From Octopus bimaculoides (taxonomy: Eukaryota): 64,000 nt of DNA. This document shows positions 27,143 through 41,112 of this stretch, one piece after another. The translations under genes and the position numbers were made by a program. Under the pieces are notes generated by a model that saw only the letters and a program-made list of their open reading frames with translations, was not told the DNA's origin and ran no database searches. Every line of letters begins with the position of its first letter. Within the stretch, counting starts at the first letter, position 1. The stretch covers positions 11,213,916 to 11,277,915 of the forward strand of contig NC_068988.1 of assembly GCF_001194135.2 (NCBI RefSeq), read 5' to 3'.

Positions 27143-27173
<31 letters not shown>

Positions 27174-28432
27174 NNNNNNNNNNNNNNNNNNNNNNNNNNN
27201 NNNNNNNNNNNNNNNNNNNNNNNNNNNNNNNNNNNNNNNNNNNNNNNNNNNNNNNNNNNNNNNNNNNNNNNNNNNNNNNNNNNNNNNNNNNNNNNNNNNN
27301 NNNNNNNNNNNNNNNNNNNNNNNNNNNNNNNNNNNNNNNNNNNNNNNNNNNNNNNNNNNNNNNNNNNNNNNNTATATTGATGCATGTATATATGTATATG
27401 CATACACACATACACTCTCTTATATATATGTATGTATGTAAATATATATATATATTGGTATCTCTATGAAATTGTTGCCAAGAACCGTTCTAGAACAAGT
27501 CCTTTCATGAAAAATTCATGTTATTCCATGGCATCAATGGAAATGAAATTATTAATATAATTGAACAGATGCAAGAACTGATATAATTTAATACATCATA
27601 AAGCTTATGTTACATCAGAGTAGCTGATTAGTGCAGCTGAAACAACTTCCATATTAACAATATTATCCTTACTCATATATACTCATATATCCTCTTTATC
27701 TATACGAAGATGCATGAATAATATACTATCGTTCACATTTATGCCTAGACACAATATTCCTAAATATGTTTATAATTATAGAGACACATTATTAGTATAA
27801 ACGGAATACACTACGTATTCTGTTTATAATTTTGGAAATATAATTATTCGGTTTTAGATTACATATAAGTATATTATGCAATGTACTTATAAATAAATGT
27901 ACTAGTATTAAACGCAAAATGAAAGAAACAAAACAATGATGTGCTTTGAGATATGCGTTCTTTAAAAACAGTATTTTTTTCCTTTTATACTTTTGTTTAA
28001 ATATTACACTCTCCGATACCAACTCACTCTACGAGAATTTTTTTTAGTGCTTTATTCGTCCCTGCCATCTCTGAGTAGCTGTCATATTATGCTCCATATC
28101 TTCAATTACAGCACTTTTGAGTCATTTACCAACTATACCTAATATATAATTTCAGGATATTACAAGATTTCATCTTCTTCCATAAGTGATAGCACAGCAT
28201 GTGAAATATTTACTAATAATAATAATAACGATAAATACATATTGCTTTCTATATAGATTTTTGTCACTGATATGAATTTATAGATTTAGAAAGTGTTTTG
28301 CTGAAAAATGTATGCCTGTCTCATAAATGGTAAGAGCTTTGCAATTGGAAGTGAAAGTTTATTTCGAAAAGCCATATAGTACGTGGTTCCTGTTTACAAA
28401 AGAAAACATATACAACGTTTTGCTACAACCAT

Positions 28433-28479
28433 ATTGGCGCCGCCTAATTGGCGCCGCCTAATTGGCACCGCCTACTTGG
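28433..28479. repeat. 14-bp GC-rich tandem repeat attggcgccgccta, three copies
   Basis: Direct reading; the same core tggcgccgccta also occurs at 18096-18107. Confidence 0.85.
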
Positions 28480-28716
28480 TCCTGCTGAATAAAGCAGACT
28501 TATTTGACTTCAGCCCATTCAATGTTTCTCTCGTTTTAGTATTTCTTTCGTTCCCTGTCTCATTTCTTTGTCTCATTTCTCTGATCTCTCTCACTTCTTT
28601 TTCTTTATCTGTGTGAGCATCTAATTATGTTTATATGTATGTGTAAATCAGTCTCTCTCTCTCCCTCTCTCGCTTTTTGTCTCTCTCTTTCCCTCTCTCG
28701 ATTTATGTCTCTCTCT

Positions 28717-28805
<89 letters not shown>

Positions 28806-29554
28806 CATATTTCTGGTCGCCTGTGTGTTTCCTCCAGTGCCAGAGTATAATTTCGTTAAAGCTATGCCACGTTGTCAGCGTCCAAACAGCTGCACCGAAT
28901 CGTTTCATTTTGAATATTAAAGTATGAATGGATATTGCAAACTTCATATTATTTATGAGCTCTAGGTTATGCCTTACAAAATAGACCGATGCTCAAAATG
29001 CACTCCAGCCGTGACAATTCAGCAAATTCAGTTGTTTCTTGATATTTCTAATAGATTGTGTCTAAGATAGCATTTTCTAATGTGTCCACTATGTAACCGC
29101 TAATGTTAGACTTGAGACATTTGGCTGTTCTTTCTAGCACATCATACGGCGTTGTAAGTCTATGTTACAGCCTTAGCAAATCTGTTGCCAGTCGCGATTC
29201 GAAACTACTAACTCTGATTTTCTTAGTCGGAATGTGGTTCTGTTTTCTAATCATACCGTTTAATTATTCGACAGTTCTAGACAGTTCCTAAGTTACCATA
29301 TTTATCAACAATAAGAACTTTCCTATTGACACAGATACAATTATTCCACAACATAACACATTAATGTGGAGTAATGTTAAATAAAATAAGTTAATTTGCG
29401 TATTTAACAGCGGGATAGGTATTATCCGTCTGGTGTTGACAGCAAGTGCATATTACGACAATTGAACGTTTTCAGAGAAACAAAAAAAAATCGCTTTGCT
29501 ATATATATCATAGTATCAATATTATCAAATTCTTTAACATTGCTAAGCACTTAC

Positions 29555-29667
29555 CTTCGTCTTTGCTCTACATATACATGAGTGACTGATCTACTAGCTG
29601 GTGTACCCAGTAATTCTCCGGGGTAAATATGTTCGATTTAAACGCCTTATTTGAACGCCTTATTACT
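29555..29667 (-). other. Candidate 113-nt non-coding or UTR exon
   Basis: Acceptor cttttttatatcag and consensus donor AAG|gtaagt; all three frames contain stops. Confidence 0.25.
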
Positions 29668-29749
29668 CTGATATAAAAAAGTAATTGCGTTATAACTGCC
29701 ACAAAATGTGTATTTTCCACCGCAAAAAAAGTACAAAAACTGTCAGCTT

Positions 29750-30045
29750 GGGGAGGGAGAGATTGTCGAACGTTGGTGACAGAGGTCTTCGGAGGTTGGC
29801 GAGAGAGACTTCGGAGGTTGGCAAGAGAGTCTATCGGAGGTTGGCGAAGGAGTCTGTCGGAGGTTGGCGAGAGAGATTGTCGGAGGTTGGTGAGAGAGAC
29901 TGTCGAAGGTTGGCGAGAGAGACTTCAGTGGCTGGCGAGAGAGACTTCAGTGGCTGGCGAGAGAGACCGTCGTAGGTTGGCGAGAAAGACTGTCGGAGGT
30001 TGGCAAGAGATGTTGTCGAAGGCTGGCGGCAGAGGTTATCCGAGG
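29750..30045. repeat. GC-rich minisatellite, 21-23 bp unit ggttggcgagagagactgtcgga, about 13 copies
   Basis: Direct reading; units abut with no unique spacers. Confidence 0.92.
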
Positions 30046-30468
30046 GAGAGGCATCTTTGTTCCAAAATTTCACTCTTGCTGGGCTTCGTAATACACAATG
30101 TTTCTGGTTTTGCCGTTGGGTGCATAGGTGAATATATTTATAATTTAAGTGGAAAAATGCAGAATTATCGGAGTTATCGATATACAGACTGCCTTTTGGT
30201 ATTAATACTGCTTATATATATATATAAGTTAATTGTTAATTATTGTGGCCATTGTAGTTAATTGTTGTGACTATTGGTTTCGCACCTACAAAACATCTAT
30301 GCGTATAGGCGATTCGTCAAACACAAATCTGCCGAAGTCACCTTTGTCTTTCAACCAGTCGGAGTCGCTGAAGTAAGTACCAGTTGATCACAGGGCTCGT
30401 TGTTATCTACTTATCTCCGATCTGGTGGCCCTGTGGCAAAGTTTGAAACTAGTATTTATAATTTTATA

Positions 30469-30598
30469 GAAGGTGGCGAGCTGGTGGGATTGTTAGCACG
30501 AATTCGGCAGATTTTGAACTCTGAACGTAAAGGCGGACGAAATGATGCATAGCATTTTGCCCGGCGAGCTAATGGTTCTGCCAGATCATCGGCTTCTT
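30469..30598. mobile_element. Two oppositely oriented SINE family C head fragments
   Basis: Plus-strand aaggtggcgagctggtgggattgttagcac followed by a minus-strand head (reverse complement aagccgatgatctggcagaaccattagctcgccgggcaaaatgct). Confidence 0.6.
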
Positions 30599-31028
30599 TA
30601 AAGTTGTAATTATTAGCGTGCAGAATAATAAATTATAGAAACCTCGTCGCCATATTTTTGTAGCATTTGTGTTCCTCTTGCAACAGTCCAAGTTGTTTTT
30701 GACCTATTATTCTACATGCTATTATTAATGACATTAACGCTCGGTCGAGGTCACACTGGGTTTCGAAGTTTAAAATTTAATATTTCCATTTCAAATGTTT
30801 TAATACACTTTGAATTTACATTTTCCGTTATATAATTTTGTCTGACACGGATATATTTTGGCTTATAAAACTGAATTGCTTTGTTTGTAGACAAATGAAA
30901 AAAAGATGTTCTCTCATATTCAGAAAGATGTCTAGCATTGTTAATATTTTAAGTTCTCCAGTTGCACACAAAAATAGAGTTAGTTCGAGGACACATATAA
31001 CAGTACACGTGTTCATACATACACACCC

Positions 31029-31088
<60 letters not shown>

Positions 31089-31117
31089 ATACATGTGTCT
31101 ATATATGTATATACATG

Positions 31118-31150
<33 letters not shown>

Positions 31151-31429
31151 GTATATATGTATATNNNNNNNNNNNNNNNNNNNNNNNNNNNNNNNNNNNN
31201 NNNNNNNNNNNNNNNNNNNNNNNNNNNNNNNNNNNNNNNNNNNNNNNNNNNNNNNNNNNNNNNNNNNNNNNNNNNNNNNNNNNNNNNNNNNNNNNNNNNN
31301 NNNNNNNNNNNNNNNNNNNNNNNNNNNNNNNNNNNNNNNNNNNNNNNNNNNNNNNNNNNNNNNNNNNNNNNNNNNNNNNNNNNNNNNNNNNNNNNNNNNN
31401 NNNNNNNNNNNNNNNNNNNNNNNNNNNNN

Positions 31430-31507
<78 letters not shown>

Positions 31508-32373
31508 TCTATACACATATTACATACCGTATATATATATACACACACACATATATATATAGAGAGAGAGGGAATGTATTCGTTATAATATATATATGCA
31601 TCTATATAAATGGGTGTACTTACATGTATATATATATAGCGAGTGTGTCTATGTGTGTATACGTTACATGAAGTGTAATAGAAAAACAAAAAGATTTTTT
31701 GTACGTTATCCTCAATACGAATAATATGCTAAACAAATAAAAATAATTTGCAAGTAAATATAGTGACACAGGTAAGTTTGTTTAAAAAAACTTTATTTCA
31801 CATTCAGAATCCATACACAGAGAAACCACAGAGAAACCATATACACGATCATCACCCAAACTATAAGCATACATTCTTACATATATATTTACATGCATAC
31901 ACACACATGCACACATGTGTCTGTGTGTGCATGTATATATATATATATATATATATATNNNNNNNNNNNNNNNNNNNNNNNNNNNNNNNNNNNNNNNNNN
32001 NNNNNNNNNNNNNNNNNNNNNNNNNNNNNNNNNNNNNNNNNNNNNNNNNNNNNNNNNNNNNNNNNNNNNNNNNNNNNNNNNNNNNNNNNNNNNNNNNNNN
32101 NNNNNNNNNNNNNNNNNNNNNNNNNNNNNNNNNNNNNNNNNNNNNNNNNNNNNNNNNNNNNNNNNNNNNNNNNNNNNNNNNNNNNNNNNNNNNNNNNNNN
32201 NNNNNNNNNNNNNNNNNNNNNNNNNNNNNNNNNNNNNNNNNNNNNNNNNNNNNNNNNNNNNNNNNNNNNNNNNNNNNNNNNNNNNNNNNNNNNNNNNNNN
32301 NNNNNNNNNNNNNNNNNNNNNNNNNNNNNNNNNNNNNNNNNNNNNNNNNNNNNNNNNNNNTATATATAGGGAT

Positions 32374-32443
<70 letters not shown>

Positions 32444-32969
32444 TGTAGACATTTTTGTATTACAGAGTGTATTACGTGCAGGGAGACGTTATTCTACATA
32501 TTCCTGTATATGTCCAGAAGTGTGAAAATGACTGTTTACTTCAACACAAACGAAGCCTAAATTTAGTTATTGATTATACGTTGAGCAAATTACCTGCTAA
32601 TTACACTTGACACTTTCGCTTTAATGTTCCATGTAAATCTAGTAGAAAGAACAGAAATGTTTTATGGCTGATCATTAGGCCGTCATAATAACTGAGATAT
32701 ATTGTTTACTAGAGAGATCATCTACAGAAACCAAATCCAATTTTCTGCTATTCCCTGTAGCCCCTTGCTTTACGGTGTTGCTAGTATATCATGTTAACGC
32801 CATGATATTTCTATTATATTATTCATGTTGCAGTTTTAGCTTTTTATAAATAAACATATATAATAGAATCCTAACCATCTTTATACATATATATGTAAAT
32901 AAATATATTTATATATACATATATATGTATATAAATATGTATATATATATATATATGTACATATATATG

Positions 32970-33007
<38 letters not shown>

Positions 33008-34149
33008 NNNNNNNNNNNNNNNNNNNNNNNNNNNNNNNNNNNNNNNNNNNNNNNNNNNNNNNNNNNNNNNNNNNNNNNNNNNNNNNNNNNNNNNNNNNNN
33101 NNNNNNNNNNNNNNNNNNNNNNNNNNNNNNNNNNNNNNNNNNNNNNNNNNNNNNNNNNNNNNNNNNNNNNNNNNNNNNNNNNNNNNNNNNNNNNNNNNNN
33201 NNNNNNNNNNNNNNNNNNNNNNNNNNNNNNNNNNNNNNNNNNNNNNNNNNNNNNNNNNNNNNNNNNNNNNNNNNNNNNNNNNNNNNNNNNNNNNNNNNNN
33301 NNNNNNNNNNNNNNNNNNNNNNNNNNNNNNNNNNNNNNNNNNNNNNNNNNNNNNNNNNNNNNNNNNNNNNNNNNNNNNNNNNNNNNNNNNNNNNNNNNNN
33401 NNNNNNNNNNNNNNNNNNNNNNNNNNNNNNNNNNNNNNNNNNNNNNNNNNNNNNNNNNNNNNNNNNNNNNNNNNNNNNNNNNNNNNNNNNNNNNNNNNNN
33501 NNNNNNNNNNNNNNNNNNNNNNNNNNNNNNNNNNNNNNNNNNNNNNNNNNNNNNNNNNNNNNNNNNNNNNNNNNNNNNNNNNNNNNNNNNNNNNNNNNNN
33601 NNNNNNNNNNNNNNNNNNNNNNNNNNNNNNNNNNNNNNNNNNNNNNNNNNNNNNNNNNNNNNNNTATTTACATTTATATATATTTATATATGCTTATATG
33701 ATTTTTGCCTTAGCCCACCAAGTGATATCTCTTCGGTTGATGACTTCTAAAGATATATTCTTATGTATTTCCAGACAGAATATATTGCTGTATGCACGAC
33801 ACATTAAAGGGATGTCAGCTGCTAATAGGAATTGCAAAAGCTCACATTTAATTGAAGGCCATTCACAGACACCTCAATGCAGACGCGTGAAAATATTCAT
33901 GCGTATGAACGTATGTTTCTGTGTAAATAAGACGTATAGGAATATATATATCATTCAACTACGATAGTCGTTGGATAATATTCTTGAGGCAGCAATTTAC
34001 TCACACGCAGTACCTTTCAGAGTTTGTCGTCAATTCTTCTCTGAACCAAATTGAAAACTGTTTACAGTTTTGAAGAGGACTGTTTCCTAACTACATTTTG
34101 GCATAAAAAAATTGAGATTTGGTCCAGTACAAAATAGTATACATAAAAT

Positions 34150-34975
34150 AGAAATATTCTTCAGATTATAAAACTGGAAAAGTACAAGACAATTACTACA
34201 CTTAGCAAAGTTCAGGACAGGTTATTACATCTGGTAGAATACACAACAAGAAAATCTTTACGTGAAATATTGCAGTAAGGAGAAAATTTGAATATTAAAG
34301 ATTATTTTATTTTAATTTACAAAGTAACTTTATAATTTAGAAAACAGGTACCATCATTTTGTCAAAATATTGACACATTAGAATACTTACAAAATGAGAG
34401 CCAGATGTACCAATATAGCTAAAGTTTTATGCAGAGTAAAATATTATATATGGTATGTAAAACATAGGCATTGGGTCAAAATTAAAAATATGAAGACTTT
34501 GCAATAACTTAGGCAATAACTCAAGCAAATGTTACTGTGAATTTGTTGTTATAGGTAGATTTTCTTGTAATATATAACTCCTTTTTGTATTATTGTACTT
34601 ATTGTACTAATCATTATGTACAAGTAGTATTTTTGATAACCAAATTTCTAATTTTCAATTAGAATAATGAATATTTTAAAGTTTAAAAAATATTCTAATT
34701 GAGATATTTTTTTAATTCTTAATAGAAGTAACAATTACAAATAGAAGTAATAACTTGTAATAAAATTTTTAGTTTTAATAACAGCTAATATCTTCTAAAT
34801 CTAAATATTTTATTTGAATTTTTATCCTTAGCTGCAATATTTTAAGTAAAAATCTTCTTTTTCAGTACTTTACCAGATGTCCTGAACTTTTCCAATTGTA
34901 ATAACTTGTCCTGTACTTTTTCAGTTTTATGCCCTTAAGAAAATTATTACTCTTGCTCGCATTTTTCCATGTTAT
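34150..34975 (-). mobile_element. AT-rich non-autonomous DNA transposon, copy B, with long imperfect TIRs
   Basis: Left arm aaaactggaaaagtacaagaca...aagttcaggaca...catctggtagaatac pairs with right arm gtactttaccagatgtcctgaactttt...ttgtcctgtactttttcagtttt. The body matches 12764-13500. Confidence 0.7.
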
Positions 34976-35239
34976 GAATATATAAGTAAATATTTAAGAG
35001 TTGGTATCCTTCTAGTAGTAAAGCCATGAAGCACGTTCATTGTCTATGGATATCCGACATCATCCACGGTATGTATCATTTGTGTATGTATATGTATGTA
35101 TGTATAACAAATAATTAACACACGTACACACATACACAGATACACTCACACACATACACACATACACATATGCGCCCGCGCGCACAATCACACACACACA
35201 CGCATATATATATATAAGTGTGTGTGTATTTGTCTCAGC

Positions 35240-35490
35240 TGGATGACGTAGTTTGGTGCCAAAGTTCAAATGGCTGAGGACGAATATTCTGTACACAACC
35301 ATCATGGTTGCCCGTTCCCTCGTTTTAAAATCTCTAAGGTCCCATCCGGTCAGCCGTCTGCATTTTATTCAGCTTCTTGTGCTGGCACTGCAGGACTTGA
35401 AATTCACTAGCATTAAATTGCATATTTGTCTTCAGCCCACTTGTATACTGCATCTAACTCTTCATACAGGAGTGCAACATTTCTAGTGCT
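35240..35490 (-). mobile_element. CR1/L2-like LINE RT C-terminal fragment, with deletions
   Basis: LYEELDAVYKWAED/NMQFNASEFQVLQ, then ATMMVVYRIFVLSHLNFGTKL (LINE pattern: DL..I..W...N.M.FN..K; ..L.Y...V...L.Y). Confidence 0.75.
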
Positions 35491-36103
35491 CTCTATACCC
35501 TATGAAACATATTTGTATCGTCAGAATAGCTACGATATAATTACGTAATAAGTACATCAGCATAGTAACGAGGTGGGTATCTGAGAAACGAAGGGCATCT
35601 CTCAGAGGGCTACTATAAATAGCAGTGGCCCCAAGAAGAATACATCCTTACTGACTACAGTGTGAGGAAATAGTCAGTCACATGCAGCTTAAGTATAATT
35701 TTCTTTTCTTGTGAATTACGATGGGCGATTTCAGAGAATCATAAATACACACACAGACATTATGTGTGCATGTGTGTGTGTTATGTGAGACAATGCGTAG
35801 TATTTCTGGCGACAGTACATTTTCAGCTACCGACTACATATACATAAAAGCTTCCGTGCTTATTGTTCTCTGCTACCGTCTATTATTCACGTCTTCCAGA
35901 GTAATCCTATGGGAGGGTTATATATGTAGAACTCCTTACAACTTAGAATAAATATAGTAATAACGAAAACGTCTTGTGGATGGAAATGTTGATACGTTAT
36001 TAATAAAGTATAAAATTTCTATCCAGAAGTCATCTTTGTTATTACAATATAAATGTGTGTGTGTGTATACATACATACATAAATACATACAAACATACAT
36101 ACG

Positions 36104-36199
<96 letters not shown>

Positions 36200-37098
36200 G
36201 TATATACATATATATGTGCACACATACACACATATGTACACACACACGAAAACAAACATATATATACACGCATACACACATACACATATATATATGTACA
36301 CTGAATGTCGCACGCAGACATTTGTGTGTGTATGTGTGTGTATATGCGTGTGAACGTGTATGTGTATACTTTTATTTCCGTTTTGCGATATGTATATATC
36401 GCTCTGTTTCTCCTAATGTTTTCATTGTCTCACTTCATCTTCTTTAAATCTCTTCTAAGAATTTTATTAAAATATCAATATATTAACAAACTAAATAAAA
36501 GTGTTGTGTTTATGTCTAAAATTTAAAATATATTGAATTCTTTAGATATATCTATTTTCAGTGATCTCAGAATTCACGTATTTTTATGTAGTTCATATAA
36601 CATAAATATATTGGTATGTTTTTAAGATATAACTGATAAATTTCTCTATATAAGACTCTAACATCGCAAACGAGAGCGAGCATGAGCAGTGGTAACTGCG
36701 ATAAAACACTTGTGAAAATATGATTAGATGGCTTTGGATTGATCAATGTTTGTCATCGGTTCGATTATCCAAGAGAGAATATGATTTTAAAAGCAACTGT
36801 TTCATAGATATTCCAAACTGGATCTGACTTCAAAGTAACACGGAAAGACAAAAGGAAACCATGAAAAGCTGAATTTGAGACACACGCTATCGCTAAATCT
36901 AATTGTGACATTTTTCATAATGGTGTAAGCATTTATATAATGAAAATCAACATTCCATAAATTCCGTTTTCTAAAAAATTGTATGATAGCCAAAAATAAT
37001 TTGTGTTGTAGCCCAGAGTGATTCATTTGCATTTTCCTCTTTGTATGCAGTGGGATTGCATCTAGAAAGTGCCCCTCCGAGGAACAAGTCCCGGCAAG

Positions 37099-37211
37099 GT
37101 TGTTTATGTAAAACCAGCGGTAAATGGGAAATGTTTGGAAGCCCGTCGCTTATGTAAGCCCGTTGTTTATGTAAAACCAGCAGTAAATGGGAAATGTTTG
37201 GAAGCCCGTCG
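37099..37211 (+). repeat. 50-bp duplication at a 63-bp period
   Basis: gttgtttatgtaaaaccagc(g/a)gtaaatgggaaatgtttggaagcccgtcg twice, with one mismatch; it ends in the SINE-A aagcccgtcg block. Confidence 0.9.
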
Positions 37212-37447
37212 TGTATACACATATGCATATGTTTATATATACACTGTGGAGTGGTTATTCCTCTCTTAACGTCTACACCGTTTGAGCATCAGTGTTCGTT
37301 TTTTAAGTCCCCGAAACTTAGAAGATCGACAAAAGTAACTGATTGAATAAGTATTAGGTTTTAAAAAGAAAAGCGTCATGGCAGAATGCAAGCATGATCA
37401 TACATCAGTACTTAACACAAATCTGTATATCCCGTCATGCGCATTTA

Positions 37448-37697
37448 AATAATAATAATAATAATAATAAATGCGCCTTCTTAAAGCCTAGTCAGGTTCA
37501 TGGGCCCGGTTTCCCGGTTTCAATGGCGTATGTATTCCCCATCTGGACGGGACTCTTTTCTGCTAGCTGAGTGGACTGGAGCAACGTGAAATGAAGTGTT
37601 TTGCTCAGGAACCTAACGCGTCGCCCAATCCAGGAATCGAAACCACAATCTTACGATCATGATGCTGACACCCTAACCACTAAGCCACGCTCCTCCA
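37448..37697 (-). mobile_element. SINE family B-related copy with an (ATT)n tail
   Basis: Reverse-complement head ggaggagcgtggcttagtggttagggtgtcagcatc...ggtttcgattcctgg (A and B boxes), central gagcaaaacacttcatttcacgttgctccagtccactcagc. Confidence 0.85.
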
Positions 37698-38737
37698 CTA
37701 CTTTAGTTTTTACCTAAGTATCCAAAACAATATTGGTCTTATTTTCTGTGAACTATAACGGAACTGATAAAATTGCAGGAAATGTGTATTCTAGTTGCCA
37801 TATTATGAAGATTTTGTACTTATTCGACAGGGTGTCAATGAAACGTAATCGCGGAAAACCAAAATTATCGCCTTTTTTTATATGAGTAATACGCAATGTA
37901 ATCATTGCCCTGTCGACCCCTTGGACTCATGAGCTCCGTTACTCGGTGTCCGCGTCATATACGTAACGGGGATCCTAACATTCCCCCAATGCAGCCTTAA
38001 TCTTTTACAACTGCGTGGACGCGAGCAACGTGAAGTGAAGAGCGTTGCTAAAAAAAAAAAAACACACAACGTAACACACCGTTAAGTATCTTCGAAATCC
38101 TGAGGGGGAAAGCTTAAACAATAAGTCATGTGCCTTCTCTTTATCCGCCGTAGAGAATCCTTATATCTTTGCCCATAAGTTATTTTCAAAGTATAAACAC
38201 TCTTTCAAGTAAATGATTGAGTAATGGATAAAAGAGATAAAAATTCACACCCAGTGTTTTAAGTATTAATCCGCCGAAGCTATCAAAACGGAAGATAGGA
38301 TANNNNNNNNNNNNNNNNNNNNNNNNNNNNNNNNNNNNNNNNNNNNNNNNNNNNNNNNNNNNNNNNNNNNNNNNNNNNNNNNNNNNNNNNNNNNNNNNNN
38401 NNNNNNNNNNNNNNNNNNNNNNNNNNNNNNNNNNNNNNNNNNNNNNNNNNNNNNNNNNNNNNNNNNNNNNNNNNNNNNNNNNNNNNNNNNNNNNNNNNNN
38501 NNNNNNNNNNNNNNNNNNNNNNNNNNNNNNNNNNNNNNNNNNNNNNNNNNNNNNNNNNNNNNNNNNNNNNNNNNNNNNNNNNNNNNNNNNNNNNNNNNNN
38601 NNNNNNNNNNNNNNNNNNNNNNNNNNNNNNNNNNNNNNNNNNNNNNNNNNNNNNNNNNNNNNNNNNNNNNNNNNNNNNNNNNNNNNNNNNNNNNNNNNNN
38701 NNNNNNNNNNNNNNNNNNNNNNNNNNNNNNNNNNNNN

Positions 38738-38768
<31 letters not shown>

Positions 38769-39168
38769 GAGTTTGTTTAGAAAAATATTTATGCGTGCGT
38801 ATATAGTATGTGTGTATATAAAATTACATGAGTGTACACGGGCGCTGTTCATAAATTATGGGTACAAATGATGTTTGTTATTTGAAACCAGCGAGTGCAA
38901 AAGTTCAGTGGTACTTATTAAAATTCCTTAGTCGCTGTTTGTACCAATTACCGAGTACCTGTTTAATTCCTTTCTTAAATATTCATATACAAACAAATCA
39001 AATCAAAAGTCGAAGTATGTCGACTAATGAAAATCATATCAGATATATGCGTTTACTGAAAGTTTTCAACAAATTACAATGGAGTCCTGCCTTTAAGAAA
39101 AACTATGGGTGCGGAGAAACGATTTTACAAAGGAAACATAATGGTAAGGCACAATGAAGCGAATTTAC

Positions 39169-39300
39169 GCAGCAGGAGTGAACAGGAAAACACGTAGCTG
39201 CCAGCCGTTCTTCTTGAACGACGCAGCCATATTTGCGACTAAAATATTGAAAACCGCTCATGAGACGCGAAACCAAATCTCTTAAATTCACAGAGGTGTT
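39169..39300 (-). other. Candidate promoter-proximal first exon (ATG at 39230)
   Basis: Locally CpG-rich; aaatATGGCTGCG start context (YY1-like GCCATNTT on the plus strand). Reads MAASFKKNGWQLRVFLFTPA and then GC|gtaaat; unspliced it stops after 21 aa. No homology recognised. Confidence 0.3.
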
Positions 39301-40654
39301 TTCACTATTACACGAAAGCAATATATATCAATAAATGATTGTTGAGGCTCATTAACGGTTTCCATGTTCCTTTCTCAAAGTGTATGTGGGGATTGTTTGG
39401 CCGTCAGTATCATTGACCCCGGTTAATCACGGGTATTTATTGGATGAAAAGATATCGTTGATCCTGTCGGGTGTCGCCAACTCATCTTAGTAGGACACAG
39501 CTAAATAGAGCAAAGTAGTTACTTCCTAAAGATCGACTGGATAATATAAATAGTTCCACGATAGTCCCCTTTCATTCTATAATACCAGCAATCTTTTAAA
39601 CATCAGGATTTTCTGTCGGTCAATTGAAATTCTTCCTTTTCATTTGTCGTTTGATTTTTGGTTTTACTTACAATGAAATAAAGAAAATTTATGGGAGAAT
39701 TTTGGAAGATTATAAAGGAACCGGAACATCGTAGGAAATTCCATAAACTTCAAAGTTGCAATGAAGAAAAATGAGTGTCTGAGTGATACGTACCAGCACA
39801 TTCTTTGGAAGAAAATAACGCTAAACATATTTCCTTACTCCCATTAAGAGGTAAGAAAGAGCAGTACAGGAAAACGTTATTCAAGATGACAGTGGATATA
39901 CAGCAGCAGATGACCTGGCTATTGTATGCATTTATCACCAAATATATCTCGTATACAAATACACAAACCAGACTGTCTTCTTATTGAAGGTAAAAATAAT
40001 TATCTTAGAAGAAAAGGAAAAAAAAAAAAAAACAGACCGTAAATCGATATTGTAAAAAAAAAAAAAAAAACTCGCAGACAGAGGAAAAACGAGTTAATAA
40101 TGTCACTCATAGACATTTAAAAAAAGAACAGAACAAACATCATCCGACGAAAATGATTGAGTAGCCAGGAAAGCCAAGGTTGTAGAGAACACAAACAAAA
40201 AAGCAACTCTAAAGTTTTCTTAGCATATTCGAAATAAACGGTTTTCTTTCACAACTATAAAAATAAAGGTAAGAACTTCACTTACAATTGAATCTCACAT
40301 AGTAAACGAAATGCTAAATTAGCAATTCTCCTTTTCTCTATTATCAACAGAGATACACGATATAACAATCATATTATACATTTATATACACACACTTACA
40401 TGTATATCTATCTATCTATCTATCAATTTATCTATCTATATTTTTTAGCTACATCTCAAGAAAGCGCTAGGAAGCATCGTCTGTGATCTTTCTGTTTGTC
40501 ATGGGAATTCGGAACTTTCTGCAGTAGTCATATTCCTTCAGTTCACCAAGCCGAGGTTGACATACACACAGTTTGTATTCTATTAGAAGCAAGTCACTGG
40601 TCAATCTTTCTTTATCCAAAGCTATCTGGTGGCCTTCTCTGCAGCTTCGTAGAT

Positions 40655-41112
40655 GTTACAAAAAATTCAGCAGAACTGTCAGATTTTCAAAGAGGTCGTA
40701 TTGCTGGGCAATCTGAGGTTGGTCTTAGCCAGCGAAAAATTGCCGAAAATCTTCAAATTCATCTTGCTACTGTTAATAGAATTATAGTGCAATTCAAAAG
40801 CTAAGGAAAGGAATCAACAGGTTCTCGTCCCGGCCAGCCTGGCCCCTCGTAAAGGAAGCTTCGCTGTTCGTAGTGAATTGTGGAAAACGAACCCTGTTCG
40901 AAGGCTTCTGACATTCCAAAACAGCTAGAATTAGTCCAAGAACTTGACTTACATATCTGCATGAGCTTCGGTATTATGGATGAGCAGCTAGAAAAAAAAA
41001 ACCTCTTCTTCAACCAATTATTATCATGAAAAGAAAGAAATGGTCTAAGGAGATGCCAGAATAATCCAGTTTATTTTGGGATAGAGTGATTTTCTCAGAT
41101 GAATCGAGATTT
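40655..41112 (+). mobile_element. Tc1-like transposase, 5' half (pseudogenised)
   Basis: [10 protein letters not shown]...[22 protein letters not shown] (paired-type HTH), HELRYYG*AARKK and WDRVIFSDESRF (first catalytic Asp). Confidence 0.9.

Noticed and set aside
29685-30261. Arg/Glu-rich ORFs and a CRISPR-like appearance
   Set aside because: Units abut with no unique spacers, there are no cas genes and the context is eukaryotic; the ORFs are by-products of the minisatellite.
30838-33701. Longest ORFs in the track (up to about 278 aa here, and likewise at 49.7-50.6 and 60.3-61.1 kb)
   Set aside because: Open only because of N gaps and dinucleotide repeats.
39860-39990. Open frame AVQENVIQDDSGYTAADDLAIV... 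ending at a gtaaaa donor
   Set aside because: No usable polypyrimidine acceptor upstream and no recognisable homology.
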